Shown here piece after piece: positions 31,947 to 41,608 of a DNA stretch of 64,000 bases. The stretch comes from an uncultured Bacillota bacterium (lineage in GTDB: Bacteria > Sysuimicrobiota > Sysuimicrobiia > Sysuimicrobiales > Segetimicrobiaceae), in assembly GCA_963804645.1 (NCBI GenBank), contig CAWDRG010000011.1, forward strand, positions 160,001-224,000, given 5' to 3'. The notes below the pieces were generated by a model. It was not told where the DNA came from and searched no databases. It saw nothing but the letters and a program-made list of their open reading frames with translations. The position numbers were made by a program, and so were the translations under genes. Numbering within the stretch: the first letter of the stretch is position 1; each line of letters opens with the position of its first letter.

Positions 31947-32663
31947 TCAGAACGCGGCGCGCCGGGGGACGTGCATGGCGTGCCGCAGCCAGGCCTCGTC
32001 CCGCTGCAGGTACTCGTCCAAGAGACTCGCGGCTTCGCGATAGAACGCGGTCGCGGCTCCCGCCCGCACGTCCACGACCCATTCGGGCACCCAGCGGCGC
32101 AGATGCCGGTCGAGAAACTTCAGGCGCTTGGCGAGCGCCTCGGGGGCGTCGCCCGCCGCGAGCTGCTCGGCGGATTCCAGCGCCAAGTGCTGCATGATCG
32201 CCAGTTCGACCGCGATGTGATCGGCCGGCGCATGAAACTCGTCGCCGACCCGGACGCCCTCTGTGCGCAGCCACGTCGTGACGTCCCCGAGCGCCTCCCC
32301 GTAGAACCGCCGCTCCGGACTCGTGTACACCGATTCGTACGGCGGCGCGAGCCCGGGGCCCGGCCCGATAAACAACCGTGCGTAGTCCACGGCCATCTCC
32401 TCGACCGTCGTCCCGGGATCGAGGTCCCGGGACGACGTGAGGCACTGCAGGAGGGGCCCGGCTTCATCCCCGACGCCGCACGCCACGGCCAGTTCCACGA
32501 GCGACGCCCGCGTCTCGTCGCTGCACAGGCGCACCCACGCGTCCTGGGTCAGTTCACGCGCGAACGCGCCCGACAGCAGCCCGTACAGTTCTGCGCGGGC
32601 CGCCTGGGCCGCCGCCTGGCGGCCCCCCGGCGACTCTAAGACGTCCTGGCCGTTGGCAACCAT
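31947..32663 (-). CDS. TorD/DmsD-family maturation chaperone
   Basis: YARLF, PPYESVY, PADHIAVEL and FLDRHL..W; starts 1 bp after the stop of molybdoenzyme 2. Confidence 0.93.
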   Translation of the reverse strand: MVANGQDVLESPGGRQAAAQAARAELYGLLSGAFARELTQDAWVRLCSDETRASLVELAVACGVGDEAGPLLQCLTSSRDLDPGTTVEEMAVDYARLFIGPGPGLAPPYESVYTSPERRFYGEALGDVTTWLRTEGVRVGDEFHAPADHIAVELAIMQHLALESAEQLAAGDAPEALAKRLKFLDRHLRRWVPEWVVDVRAGAATAFYREAASLLDEYLQRDEAWLRHAMHVPRRAAF

Positions 32664-32664
32664 G

Positions 32665-35064
32665 TCAGGCTCCCGCCGGCGCCGTGAACGCCAGGACGGC
32701 CGGCGGCGTCCCCACATACTTCTCGATCTGCACGAGCGACGTGTGCGACGGGTTGCCGTCGGACAGCTTCGAGTTCGGTGCGTCGGTCGTCACGTTATTG
32801 ACGCTCCCGTGGCGGTCGAGCGTCCCGGCCGCCCCGGCGTTCAGCGGATCGTACCAGCCGCCCTCGTGCATCGCGACCACGCCGCGCCGCGTGCGCGCAG
32901 TCACGATCGCGCCCGCGAGCGTCTGTCCACGCCCGTTGTACACCCGCACGATATCGCCGTTGGCGATGCCCCGGGCGGACGCGTCCGCGGGATTGATCCA
33001 GATCGGCTCGCGTGCGCCGACCTCATACTGCTGCCGCAGCCGCGTCTCGTCGATCTGCGAGTGCAGCCGATCCGGCGGGTGCGGGGTGAGCAGATGCAGC
33101 GGGAACTGCGCGGTCAGGGGGCTGCCCAGCCACTCGCTCGGCGCGAGCCACGTCGGGTGCGGCGGGCAGTCGTCGTACTTGAACGACGCGATGGTCTCGG
33201 AGTAGATCTCGATCTTGCCGGACGGCGTCCCGAGCGGGTGGCTCTGGGGGTCGGCGCGGAAATCGCCGTACCCGACCAGCTGCTCGGCGGCCGCGGTCAC
33301 CGGGAACTCCATGTAGCCCTGCTTCCAGAACGTGTCGAAGTCGGGGAACGCGAGCCCGCGCTCCTGCGCCTGCTGCGCAGCGACCCCGTAGAACTGCCGG
33401 AGCCACGCCATCTCGTCCTTGCCCTCGGTGTACTGCGGGCCGAACCCGAGCCGCGCGGCCAGCGCGGCGCAGATGTCGAAGTCGTTGCGGGACTCGAACA
33501 GCGGCGGCACGACCTGCTGCATCGCCGCGATAAACGTGCTCGTGGCCACGAGGTCGTTGCGCTCGAGCGTCGTGGTGGCAGGCAGCACGATGTCCGCGTG
33601 CTTCGCGGTCGCGGTCCAAGCGTACTCGTGCACGATCGTGACCTCGGGCCGCTGCCAGGCGCGCACGACGCGGTTGACGTCCTGCGCGTGGTGGAAGTTG
33701 TTGCCGCCGGCCACGTACACCATCTTAATGTCAGGGTACGTGATCCGCTGGCCGTCGTAGTCGATCGTCTTGCCGGGGTTCAGCAGCAGATCGGTCCACA
33801 TGTTGATCGGCACGAAATCCTTCACAGGGTTCGTGCCCGTGGTCAGCCCCGGAACGGTGGGCGCAGTGCCCACCGGGGCGCCGATCCGCGCGGGGAAGTC
33901 GATCTGGATGCCGCCGCCGGGCAGCCCGAACTGGCCGAGCATCGCGGACAGCGTGATCATCATCCAGACAGGCTGCTCGCCGTGCGACGCGCGCTGCAGC
34001 GGGTAGCCGCCCATGAACACGGTCCTCGACTTCGCCATGCGGCGCGCGAGCGTGCGCATCGTATCGGCGGAGACTTCCGTGATCGAGGCGGCCCACTCGG
34101 GCGTCTTCGGCTGCCCGTCGGTCTTGCCGGTCAGATAATCGGCGAACTGGGCGAACCCGACGGTGTACTTATCGAGGAACGCCTGGTCGTGGAGCTTCTC
34201 CGTGTACAGCACATACGCCATACCGAGCATCATCGCCGTGTCGGTGTTCGGGCGGATCACGATATGCTCGGCCTTCAGGAACTGGTCGGTGTCCGTGACG
34301 AGCGGGTTCACGGACACGACGGGGATCTTCGAGTCCCGGAGCTGCGTCACGTAGTTCATGATCAAGTGGCCGCCGTCGCCGGACAGCACCTTCGCGTTGA
34401 CGAGCGGATCGTACCCGAACGTGACGACGAGGGTGCTGTTCTTGAGCAGGCTCGGCCACGCCGATCCGCGCGGCGCCGCGTCCCCGACGACGTGCGGGCT
34501 GATCACCGGCAGCGTCGGCGCGCTGTACGAGTTCACGTAGTAGACGAACCCGCCGTACTGGTTGAACATCCGCTGGATCGCTCCGACAGCCCCGTGGAAC
34601 TTCCCAGGGCTCTGCCAGCCGTAGCTGCCGGCGTAGATCGCGCGGTTGCCGTACTGCGTCTTCACGCGCTTCATCTCGCCCGCCACGATGTCCAGGGCCT
34701 CGTCCCACGACACCCGCACGAACGGCTCGCTGCCGCGCCCGGCCGTATCGCTGGCGGACCGGTTCTTGTAGAACCCCTGGCGGATCATCGGGTACTTCAC
34801 GCGGGCGGACCCGTACAGCAGGTCCGGCATGACGGTCACCATCGCGTTCGGATGCGGATCCTTCACGAACGGCATCGTGCGCACTACGCGGCCGCTCACG
34901 ACCTCGGATGTGAACAAACCCCAGTGCGCGTTATTCAGCTTGGTCACGACCATCGTGTCCGTTTGGCCGCTCACCGGGAGCGCCCCGAGCAACGGCGCCG
35001 CGGCCAGGCCTCCTACCACTGCGCCCCCCTGCCACAGAAACGTTCGCCGTGTAATCGGTTTCAT
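32665..35064 (-). CDS. Tat-exported TorA/DorA/BisC-type molybdoenzyme, paralogue 2
   Basis: TRRTFLW, AHWG, SYGWQSPG, NSYS (Ser ligand), QRASHGEQ and RLHSQ. Confidence 0.94.
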   Translation of the reverse strand: MKPITRRTFLWQGGAVVGGLAAAPLLGALPVSGQTDTMVVTKLNNAHWGLFTSEVVSGRVVRTMPFVKDPHPNAMVTVMPDLLYGSARVKYPMIRQGFYKNRSASDTAGRGSEPFVRVSWDEALDIVAGEMKRVKTQYGNRAIYAGSYGWQSPGKFHGAVGAIQRMFNQYGGFVYYVNSYSAPTLPVISPHVVGDAAPRGSAWPSLLKNSTLVVTFGYDPLVNAKVLSGDGGHLIMNYVTQLRDSKIPVVSVNPLVTDTDQFLKAEHIVIRPNTDTAMMLGMAYVLYTEKLHDQAFLDKYTVGFAQFADYLTGKTDGQPKTPEWAASITEVSADTMRTLARRMAKSRTVFMGGYPLQRASHGEQPVWMMITLSAMLGQFGLPGGGIQIDFPARIGAPVGTAPTVPGLTTGTNPVKDFVPINMWTDLLLNPGKTIDYDGQRITYPDIKMVYVAGGNNFHHAQDVNRVVRAWQRPEVTIVHEYAWTATAKHADIVLPATTTLERNDLVATSTFIAAMQQVVPPLFESRNDFDICAALAARLGFGPQYTEGKDEMAWLRQFYGVAAQQAQERGLAFPDFDTFWKQGYMEFPVTAAAEQLVGYGDFRADPQSHPLGTPSGKIEIYSETIASFKYDDCPPHPTWLAPSEWLGSPLTAQFPLHLLTPHPPDRLHSQIDETRLRQQYEVGAREPIWINPADASARGIANGDIVRVYNGRGQTLAGAIVTARTRRGVVAMHEGGWYDPLNAGAAGTLDRHGSVNNVTTDAPNSKLSDGNPSHTSLVQIEKYVGTPPAVLAFTAPAGA

Positions 35065-35161
35065 CGTCCGACCTCCCTCTCATGTCACGCCCATGTGGGC
35101 GTGTCGCCCTTGAGATATGCGTCCGTCATCCTCAGCCTACAGGGCCCGAGCGAAACGAGAC

Positions 35162-35179
35162 ATCCGTCCGAGGCCCGAT
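35162..35179 (-). promoter_or_regulatory. ATCSG-N8-CSGAT site upstream of molybdoenzyme 2/TorD
   Basis: ATCGG GCCTCGGA CGGAT, 22 bp, then TAGGCT (35134-35139). Confidence 0.75.
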
Positions 35180-35297
35180 TTCGCGCGCATCACCGCCCGA
35201 CCGCGCCCCGCGCCGGCGCAGGCCCCGGCGCGAGGCACACCGAACCACACGGGAGCACGCACCGAGCCACACACGCTTCCACGAGGGGGACACGTCG

Positions 35298-35621
35298 ATG
35301 GCACTTCCAACCGCGTACGAGGACTTTCAGAAGAAGTACCCTGGAATCTGGCAGGCCTACGATCGCCTCGGCGCCGCGGCGCACGCGGCCGGACCGCTCG
35401 ATGAGAAGACACGCGCGCTGGTGAAGCTCGGCATGGCGGTCGGACGCCAGGCGGAGGGGGCCACCCACGCGCATGTCCGGCAGGCGGTGCGGGCCGGAGC
35501 GACGCCGGACGAGATCCGCCACGTCGTCCTCCTGGCGATCACCACCCTGGGGTTCCCCGCGATGATGACCGCCCGCACCTGGGTCGAGGAATCCCTGTCA
35601 GGCCGGAACGCCACTCCCTAG
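35298..35621 (+). CDS. Carboxymuconolactone decarboxylase (CMD/AhpD-fold) family protein
   Basis: GPLDEKTRALVKL, HAHVRQA...GATPDEI and TTLGFP; no CxxC; GAGGGGG RBS. Confidence 0.88.
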   Translation: MALPTAYEDFQKKYPGIWQAYDRLGAAAHAAGPLDEKTRALVKLGMAVGRQAEGATHAHVRQAVRAGATPDEIRHVVLLAITTLGFPAMMTARTWVEESLSGRNATP

Positions 35622-35701
35622 GACGACCGCCTCACGAACGCGCGAGCGCACGGCGGCCCTCCCGGATCCGATCGCGGGAGGGCCGCCGCACGCCGGGACG
35701 G

Positions 35702-36418
35702 CTACTGCGGCTTCGCGTGTGTCTGCAGGTACTTGAGCACCAGCGCCAGATCTTCCCCGGCGAGCCCTCCGTTCGAGGCCATGGCCTGCAGGTTGCCCGG
35801 CCACTGGTTCGCCGTAAACTGGTCCGGCGCGTACAGCGAGTGACACGTGCTGCAGTGCGCCTCGTACACCTGGCGGCCGTGCGTCCAGACGGCCTGGACG
35901 TCGGACGTGAGCGCGCTGGTGGCGACCCAGCCGCTGAGCGTGACCTGCGTCCACACCGTGCCGTAACTGTCCTTCGTCTGCGCGCCGAGCTGCCGCTGCG
36001 CCTGGTCGGGCTGGGTCACGTTCGCGAGGATGATCCGCTCCCCGACCGCCGTCACGACCGCGTTGCTCCCGGCGGACGAGTAGCCGGTGATGCTCACCTG
36101 CGCGTCCGCCCCCTGCGTCGTCGTCACGGTCACGGGCGTGCCCGGGGTCACCGTCCCCACCGCCGCGCCACCCGGGGCCTTCAACAGCTGCGCGGTCCCG
36201 GTCGTGTACGAGGTGCCCGGCCCCGCGGCTGCCAGCGCCGGCTCGAGCGCGGACGCCGCCAGCAATGACGCGGCGGTCCCGCCCACCGCACGGGACAGGC
36301 CCGGAGTCTCCGGCGCCGGCCGCTGCTGGTCGGTCCCGAGTCGGCCCGCACCGCTCCAGCCCATCGCGATGATCGCGGCCGCGGCCGCCGCGATCACCCA
36401 TGAGTTCACACGTCGCAT
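35702..36418 (-). CDS. Exported monohaem cytochrome c resembling the C-terminal domain of TorC/DorC
   Basis: Signal/anchor, single CSTCH, followed by FTANQW...M...L..YLQ.HA. Confidence 0.85.
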   Translation of the reverse strand: MRRVNSWVIAAAAAAIIAMGWSGAGRLGTDQQRPAPETPGLSRAVGGTAASLLAASALEPALAAAGPGTSYTTGTAQLLKAPGGAAVGTVTPGTPVTVTTTQGADAQVSITGYSSAGSNAVVTAVGERIILANVTQPDQAQRQLGAQTKDSYGTVWTQVTLSGWVATSALTSDVQAVWTHGRQVYEAHCSTCHSLYAPDQFTANQWPGNLQAMASNGGLAGEDLALVLKYLQTHAKPQ

Positions 36419-36510
36419 TCGCCACAACTCCCTTCACTACGCACTGCCACGGACATCTCACGCGCGCCCTGATGGGAGCATACCCCACCGCGCCGCTCGG
36501 CGGTACCCCA

Positions 36511-38916
36511 TCAGGCGCCGGGCGGCGGGGTGAATGCCGTCACCGGCGGCGGGGTGCCCACGTACTTCTCGACCTCGACGAGCGCCGTGTGCGACGGATT
36601 CCCATCGGCGAGCCGCGAGCTCGGCGTATCCATGGTTACCATATTGACGTTGCCGTGGCGGTCCAGGGACCCGGCCTGCCCGGGGTTCAGCGGGTCGTAC
36701 CAGGACCCTTCCCGCAGGACCGCAACGCCGCGGCGGGTCCGGGCCGTCACGACGGCGCCGGCCAGCGTTTGTCCGCGGTCGTTGAAGACACGCACGATAT
36801 CCCCGTTCGCGATCCCACGGGCGGAGGCGTCCGCGGGATTGAGCCAGATCGGCTCCCGCTGTCCGATCTCGTAGTCCGCCCGCAGCGGAGTCTCGTTCAG
36901 CTGCGAGTGCAGCCGTTCCTTGGGATGCGGCGACAGCAGGTGCAGCGGGAACCGCGACGCGATGGGGCTGCCGAGCCACTCGGCCGGCGGCACCCACGCG
37001 GGGTGCGGCGGCACGTCGTCGTACTTGAACGAGGCGATCTTCGCCGAGTAGATCTCGATCTTCCCCGACGGGGTGGACAGCGGGGCGTTGTCGGGATCCG
37101 CCCGGAACCCGGCGTACGCGACCGCCTGGTTGGCGCTCTCCGGAATCGGAAACTGCAGAAATCCCTGCTGCCAGAACGCGTCAAACTCGGGCAGGTCGAG
37201 CCCGCGGGTCTTTCCCTGCTGCTGCGCGGCGGCGTAGAACTGCCGGAGCCACGCCATCTCGTCCTTCCCCTCCGTAAACTGAGGGCCGATCCCGAGCCGC
37301 GTCGACAGCGCCGCAAAAATGTCGAAATCGCTTCTGGCCTCGAACACCGGCGGCACCACCTGCTGCATCGCGATGATGAACTTGTCGGTCGCGAGCAGGT
37401 CGTTTCGCTCGAGCGTCGTGGTGGCGGGCAGCACGATATCGGCGTGCTTCGCGCTCGCCGTCCACACGTAGTCCTGGACGATGGTCACCTCGGGGCGGCG
37501 CCAGGCATCCAGCACGCGGTTCGTGTTCTGCGCATGATGGAACGGATTGCCGCCGGCCCAGTAGACCAGCTTGATCTCGGGATAGGTGATGCGCTGCCCG
37601 TCGTAGTCGATCGTCTGCCCTGGATTCAGCAGCAGGTCGACCCACATGTTGACCGGCACAAAATCCTTCACCGGGTTGGCCCCCGCCGCGAAGCCCGGCA
37701 TGCCCGGCGCGCTGCCCACCGGCACGCCGAGTCCGCCCGGGAAGTTGATGTTGGCGCCCCCGCCGGGGAGCCCGAATTTGCCCAGCATCGCCGAGAGGGT
37801 GATCATCGCCCACACGGGCTGCTCACCGTGCGACGCACGCTGCAGCGAGAAGCCCCCGATCAGCTGGGTGTGCGAGCTCGCCATCCGCCGCGCGAGGGTG
37901 CGGATCGTGGCCGCCGGGATGTCGGTGATCGCCGCGGCCCACTCCGGCGTCTTCGGCTGGCCGTCCGCCTTCCCCGTCAGATAGTCGGTGAACGCGTCAA
38001 ATCCCACCGTGTATTTGGCGAGAAACGCGGTGTCGTGGAGGTGCTCGGTGTACAGCACGTGCGCGAGCGCGACGATCAGCGCGGTGTCGGTGTTCGGCCG
38101 GATCGCGATCCGCTCCGTGCGCAGATACTGGTCCGTGTCGCTCTCGATCGGGTTCACCGACACGACCGGGGTCCCCTTGGCCCGCAGCTGGGCGAGATAG
38201 CCGGCGTCGTAGTGCCCGCCGTCACCGCCCGACAGCACCTCGGCGTTCACGAGCGGGTCGTATCCGAAGAGCACGACGAGGGTGGCATTCTGGATGATCG
38301 TCGGCCACGCGGACGCGAGCGGCCGGGGATCGCCCAGGACGTGGGGGGTGATCACCGGCAGCACGGGCGCGCTGTACGTGTTCACGTAGGAGACGTACCC
38401 GCCGTACAAGCCGAGCATCCGCTGGAGCCCTTGCACCGCCCCGTGGAACTTGCCGGCGCTCTGCCAGCCGTAGCTCCCGCCGTAGATCGCGCGGTTCCCG
38501 TACTGGGTCTTCACCCGCTTGATCTCACCCGCGACGATGTCGAGCGCCTCGTCCCACGAGACACGCACAAACGGCTCGGTCCCGCGTCCCATCGTGTCGC
38601 TGCTCGACCGGTTCGTGTAGAACCCGCGACGGATCATCGGATACTTGATCCGGTTCGGCGCGTACAGCACCTGCGGCATCGCCGCGACCATCCGGTTGGG
38701 GTTCGGGTCGTGCGGGAACGGCATCGTGCGCGTGCACCGATCCCCCGTGATCTCCGCGGTAAACGCCCCCCAGTGGGCGGCGTTGAGCCGCGCCGCCGGG
38801 ATAATGTCCGCGGCGGCCGCCCGTCCGGACAACTCCGGGATCAGCGGAACGGCCACCAGCCCACCGACCGCTGCGCCGCTCTGCCACAGGAACGCTCGTC
38901 TCGTCAGTCTCCCCAC
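36511..38916 (-). CDS. Tat-exported TorA/DorA/BisC-type molybdoenzyme, paralogue 3
   Basis: TRRAFLW, AHWG, SYGWQSAG, NTYS and RLHSQ; GGAGGAGG RBS before GTG. Confidence 0.94.
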   Translation of the reverse strand: MGRLTRRAFLWQSGAAVGGLVAVPLIPELSGRAAAADIIPAARLNAAHWGAFTAEITGDRCTRTMPFPHDPNPNRMVAAMPQVLYAPNRIKYPMIRRGFYTNRSSSDTMGRGTEPFVRVSWDEALDIVAGEIKRVKTQYGNRAIYGGSYGWQSAGKFHGAVQGLQRMLGLYGGYVSYVNTYSAPVLPVITPHVLGDPRPLASAWPTIIQNATLVVLFGYDPLVNAEVLSGGDGGHYDAGYLAQLRAKGTPVVSVNPIESDTDQYLRTERIAIRPNTDTALIVALAHVLYTEHLHDTAFLAKYTVGFDAFTDYLTGKADGQPKTPEWAAAITDIPAATIRTLARRMASSHTQLIGGFSLQRASHGEQPVWAMITLSAMLGKFGLPGGGANINFPGGLGVPVGSAPGMPGFAAGANPVKDFVPVNMWVDLLLNPGQTIDYDGQRITYPEIKLVYWAGGNPFHHAQNTNRVLDAWRRPEVTIVQDYVWTASAKHADIVLPATTTLERNDLLATDKFIIAMQQVVPPVFEARSDFDIFAALSTRLGIGPQFTEGKDEMAWLRQFYAAAQQQGKTRGLDLPEFDAFWQQGFLQFPIPESANQAVAYAGFRADPDNAPLSTPSGKIEIYSAKIASFKYDDVPPHPAWVPPAEWLGSPIASRFPLHLLSPHPKERLHSQLNETPLRADYEIGQREPIWLNPADASARGIANGDIVRVFNDRGQTLAGAVVTARTRRGVAVLREGSWYDPLNPGQAGSLDRHGNVNMVTMDTPSSRLADGNPSHTALVEVEKYVGTPPPVTAFTPPPGA

Positions 38917-39082
38917 TGCGACCCCTCCTCCCGATCACTCGCCCCGCGGGACCGCCGCCGGCGAGCCTCGGCCCAGATCTGCCTCACTGATCCGCCCCGC
39001 GCCGCCGCCCCCAAGGGCGCCGGACCGTCCCCGGGCGCAGGACCGCGGCGTAACCGCGCCCCTGCGCCCGCCCACGATGCTC

Positions 39083-41488
39083 CTACGCGCTCTGAGGCGG
39101 GGTAAACGCCGTCAGCGCGGGCGGCGTCCCCACGTACTTCTCGACCTGCACCAGCACGGAGTTCGTCGGGTTCCCGCCGGACAGCTGCGAGCTCGGCCCG
39201 TCCCACGTCAGGTTGTTCGCGCTGCCGTTCTTGTCGAGCGTCCCCACCGCGCCGGGCCTGAGCGGGTCGTACCACCCGCCCTGCCGGAACACCACGACCC
39301 CGGGCCGCGTCCGCGCCGTGATGATCGCCCCCGCCAGCGCCTGGCCCCGCCCATTGAAGACGCGCACGACGTCCCCGTTGGCGATCCCGCGCGCGGCCGC
39401 ATCGGAGGGGCTGATCCAGATCGGCTCCCGTCCGCCGACCTGGTACTCCTGCCGCAGCCGCGTCTGGTCGAGCTGCGAGTGCAGCCGGTCCAGGGGATGC
39501 GGAGACAGCATGTGCAGCGGGTACTGCGCCGCCAGCGGGCTGCCGAGCCACTCCGAGGGCGGGATCCACGTTGCGTGGGGCGGCGTGTCGTCGTACTTGA
39601 ACGAGGCGATCTTCTGGGAGTAGAGCTCGATCTTCCCCGACGCGGTGCCGAGCGGGTTCGCGCCCGGATCGGCCAAAAAGTCCGCGTACGCCACCACCTG
39701 ATTGGCGCTGTCGGGAACCGGGAATTCGAGATACCCCTGCCGCCAGAATGTGTCGAAATCGGGCATGCTCATGTTGCGCTGCGCGGCCAGCTGCTGGGCG
39801 GCGCCGTACAGCTGGCGCAGCCAGGCGTTCTCGTCTTTCCCCTCGGTGTACTGCGGCCCGAATCCGAGGCGATCGGCCAGCCCGGCGCAGATGTCGAAAT
39901 CGTGGCGCGCCTCGAACACCGGCGGGACCGACTGCTGCATCGCCACGATGTACCGGTCGGTGCCCAGGAGGTCGTTGCGCTCGAGCAGCGAGGTCGCGGG
40001 CAGCACGATGTCCGCGTGCTTGGCGGTCGGCGTCCAAGAGTACTCGTTGACGATGATCACTTCGGGGTGCTGAATCGCCTGGATCACCCGGTTGGTGTAC
40101 TGCGCCTGGTTGAAGTTGTTCATGCCGGCCCAATAGATCATCTTGATGTCGGGATAGGTGAGCTTCTGGCCGTTGTAGTCGACGGTCTTGCCCGGGCTGG
40201 AGACCAGGTCGGTCCACAGGTTCAGCGGCACGAAGTCCTTGACCGGGTTCGTCCCCGCGGACAGCCCCGGCAGCCTCGGCGCACTGCCCAGCGGCACGCC
40301 CAGACCGCCCGGAAAGTCGTTCTGCACCCCTCCGCCCGGCAGCCCGATCTGTCCGAGCATCGCGGCGAGCGTGATCATCGCCCAGATCGGCTGCTCCCCG
40401 TGCGACGCGCGCTGCAGCGAGTACGCGCCGATCATCACCGTGCGCGACGCGGCCATCCGGTGCGCGAGGGCGCGAATCGTGCCCGCCGGAATCTCCGTGA
40501 TCGGAGCCGCCCACTCCGGCGACTTCTCCTGCCCGTCCGCCTTGCCGCTGAGATAGTCCGCGAACTGCGCGAAGCCGACCGTGTACTTGTCGAGGTAGGC
40601 CTGATTGTACAGGTGCTCCGTATACAGCACGTGCGCGAGCGCCAGGAGCAGCGCCGTGTCGGTGTTCGGACGGATCGCGAGGCGCGACGTGCGGAGATAC
40701 TCGTCGGTGTACCCTTCGATCGGGTTGATCGACACGATCGGGATCTTCGAGTCGCGCAGCTGCGCGAGCCACCCCATGTCCAGGTGCAGGAAGCTCGCCC
40801 CGGCCTGAATCTTGGTGTTGACCAACGGATCGTAGCCGAGCAGCACCACGAGCGTGCTGTTCTTGAGAATCACCGGCCACGCCGACTGCCTCGGCGCCGG
40901 GTCGCCGATGATGTACGGCGCGATCACCGGCAGCACCGGGGCGCTGTACGAGTTGATGCGGTACACGCTGCCCCCGTACAGGTTGAACATCCGCTGCAGC
41001 GCCGCGCCGGCCCCGTGGAAGTTCCCGGGGTTCTGCCAGCCTGAGGCCGCGGAATAGATGGCACGGTTGCCGTACTGGGTCTTCACGCGCTTGATCTCGC
41101 CGGCGGTGATGTCGAGCGCTTCGTCCCAGGACACGCGCACAAACGGCTCCGTGCCGCGCTTTGTCGTATCGCTGCGCGACCGGTCGCGGTAGAATCCCTG
41201 GCGCACCATCGGGTACTTGACCCGGCTCGACCCGTACAAGAGATCGGGCAGCACGGTCACCATCGAGTTCGGATTCGGATCCTTGTCAAACGGCAGCGTC
41301 TGGACGAGGCGGCCGTTCATGACGTGCCCGACAAACGGCCCCCAGTGCGCCACGCTGAGGTTCGTCGTCATCGCGGTCTGCGCGACGGCGGTCTCGCTGA
41401 GCGTCAATCCCACCAACGGCGCCGCCGCCAGCGCCCCCGCTGTCAGGCCGGCCTGCTTGAGGAACGTCCGTCTCGTAGTCGAGTTCAT
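39083..41488 (-). CDS. Tat-exported TorA/DorA/BisC-type molybdoenzyme, paralogue 4
   Basis: TRRTFLK, AHWG, AASGWQNPG, NSYS and RLHSQ. Confidence 0.94.
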   Translation of the reverse strand: MNSTTRRTFLKQAGLTAGALAAAPLVGLTLSETAVAQTAMTTNLSVAHWGPFVGHVMNGRLVQTLPFDKDPNPNSMVTVLPDLLYGSSRVKYPMVRQGFYRDRSRSDTTKRGTEPFVRVSWDEALDITAGEIKRVKTQYGNRAIYSAASGWQNPGNFHGAGAALQRMFNLYGGSVYRINSYSAPVLPVIAPYIIGDPAPRQSAWPVILKNSTLVVLLGYDPLVNTKIQAGASFLHLDMGWLAQLRDSKIPIVSINPIEGYTDEYLRTSRLAIRPNTDTALLLALAHVLYTEHLYNQAYLDKYTVGFAQFADYLSGKADGQEKSPEWAAPITEIPAGTIRALAHRMAASRTVMIGAYSLQRASHGEQPIWAMITLAAMLGQIGLPGGGVQNDFPGGLGVPLGSAPRLPGLSAGTNPVKDFVPLNLWTDLVSSPGKTVDYNGQKLTYPDIKMIYWAGMNNFNQAQYTNRVIQAIQHPEVIIVNEYSWTPTAKHADIVLPATSLLERNDLLGTDRYIVAMQQSVPPVFEARHDFDICAGLADRLGFGPQYTEGKDENAWLRQLYGAAQQLAAQRNMSMPDFDTFWRQGYLEFPVPDSANQVVAYADFLADPGANPLGTASGKIELYSQKIASFKYDDTPPHATWIPPSEWLGSPLAAQYPLHMLSPHPLDRLHSQLDQTRLRQEYQVGGREPIWISPSDAAARGIANGDVVRVFNGRGQALAGAIITARTRPGVVVFRQGGWYDPLRPGAVGTLDKNGSANNLTWDGPSSQLSGGNPTNSVLVQVEKYVGTPPALTAFTPPQSA

Positions 41489-41590
41489 CCGTTCATCTCC
41501 CTTCCAGGGGCGTGCGCATGCTCCTCATCATTCTGCCGCGTGTGTGCGCACCACCATGTTCCAGCCTATCGACAGCCCCGGACACTGTGT

Positions 41591-41608
41591 ATCCGGTCGC
41601 TAGCCGAT
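41591..41608 (-). promoter_or_regulatory. ATCSG-N8-CSGAT site upstream of molybdoenzyme 4
   Basis: ATCGG CTAGCGAC CGGAT, 22 bp, then TAGGCT (41563-41568). Confidence 0.75.

Noticed and set aside
32437..41044. Very long + strand ORFs (32437..35424, 36400..39105, 38645..41044), and similarly 51432..54308, 4614..6812 and 6241..8625
   Set aside because: Antisense shadows of clear genes. High GC3 suppresses stops, and the translations are Arg/Gly/His-rich with no motifs.
29232..41488. Calling the molybdoenzymes nitrate, formate, arsenate or polysulfide reductases, or assigning torA/dorA/bisC symbols
   Set aside because: The Ser ligand and absence of FS0 cysteines exclude the former; orthology to named genes cannot be set without a tree.
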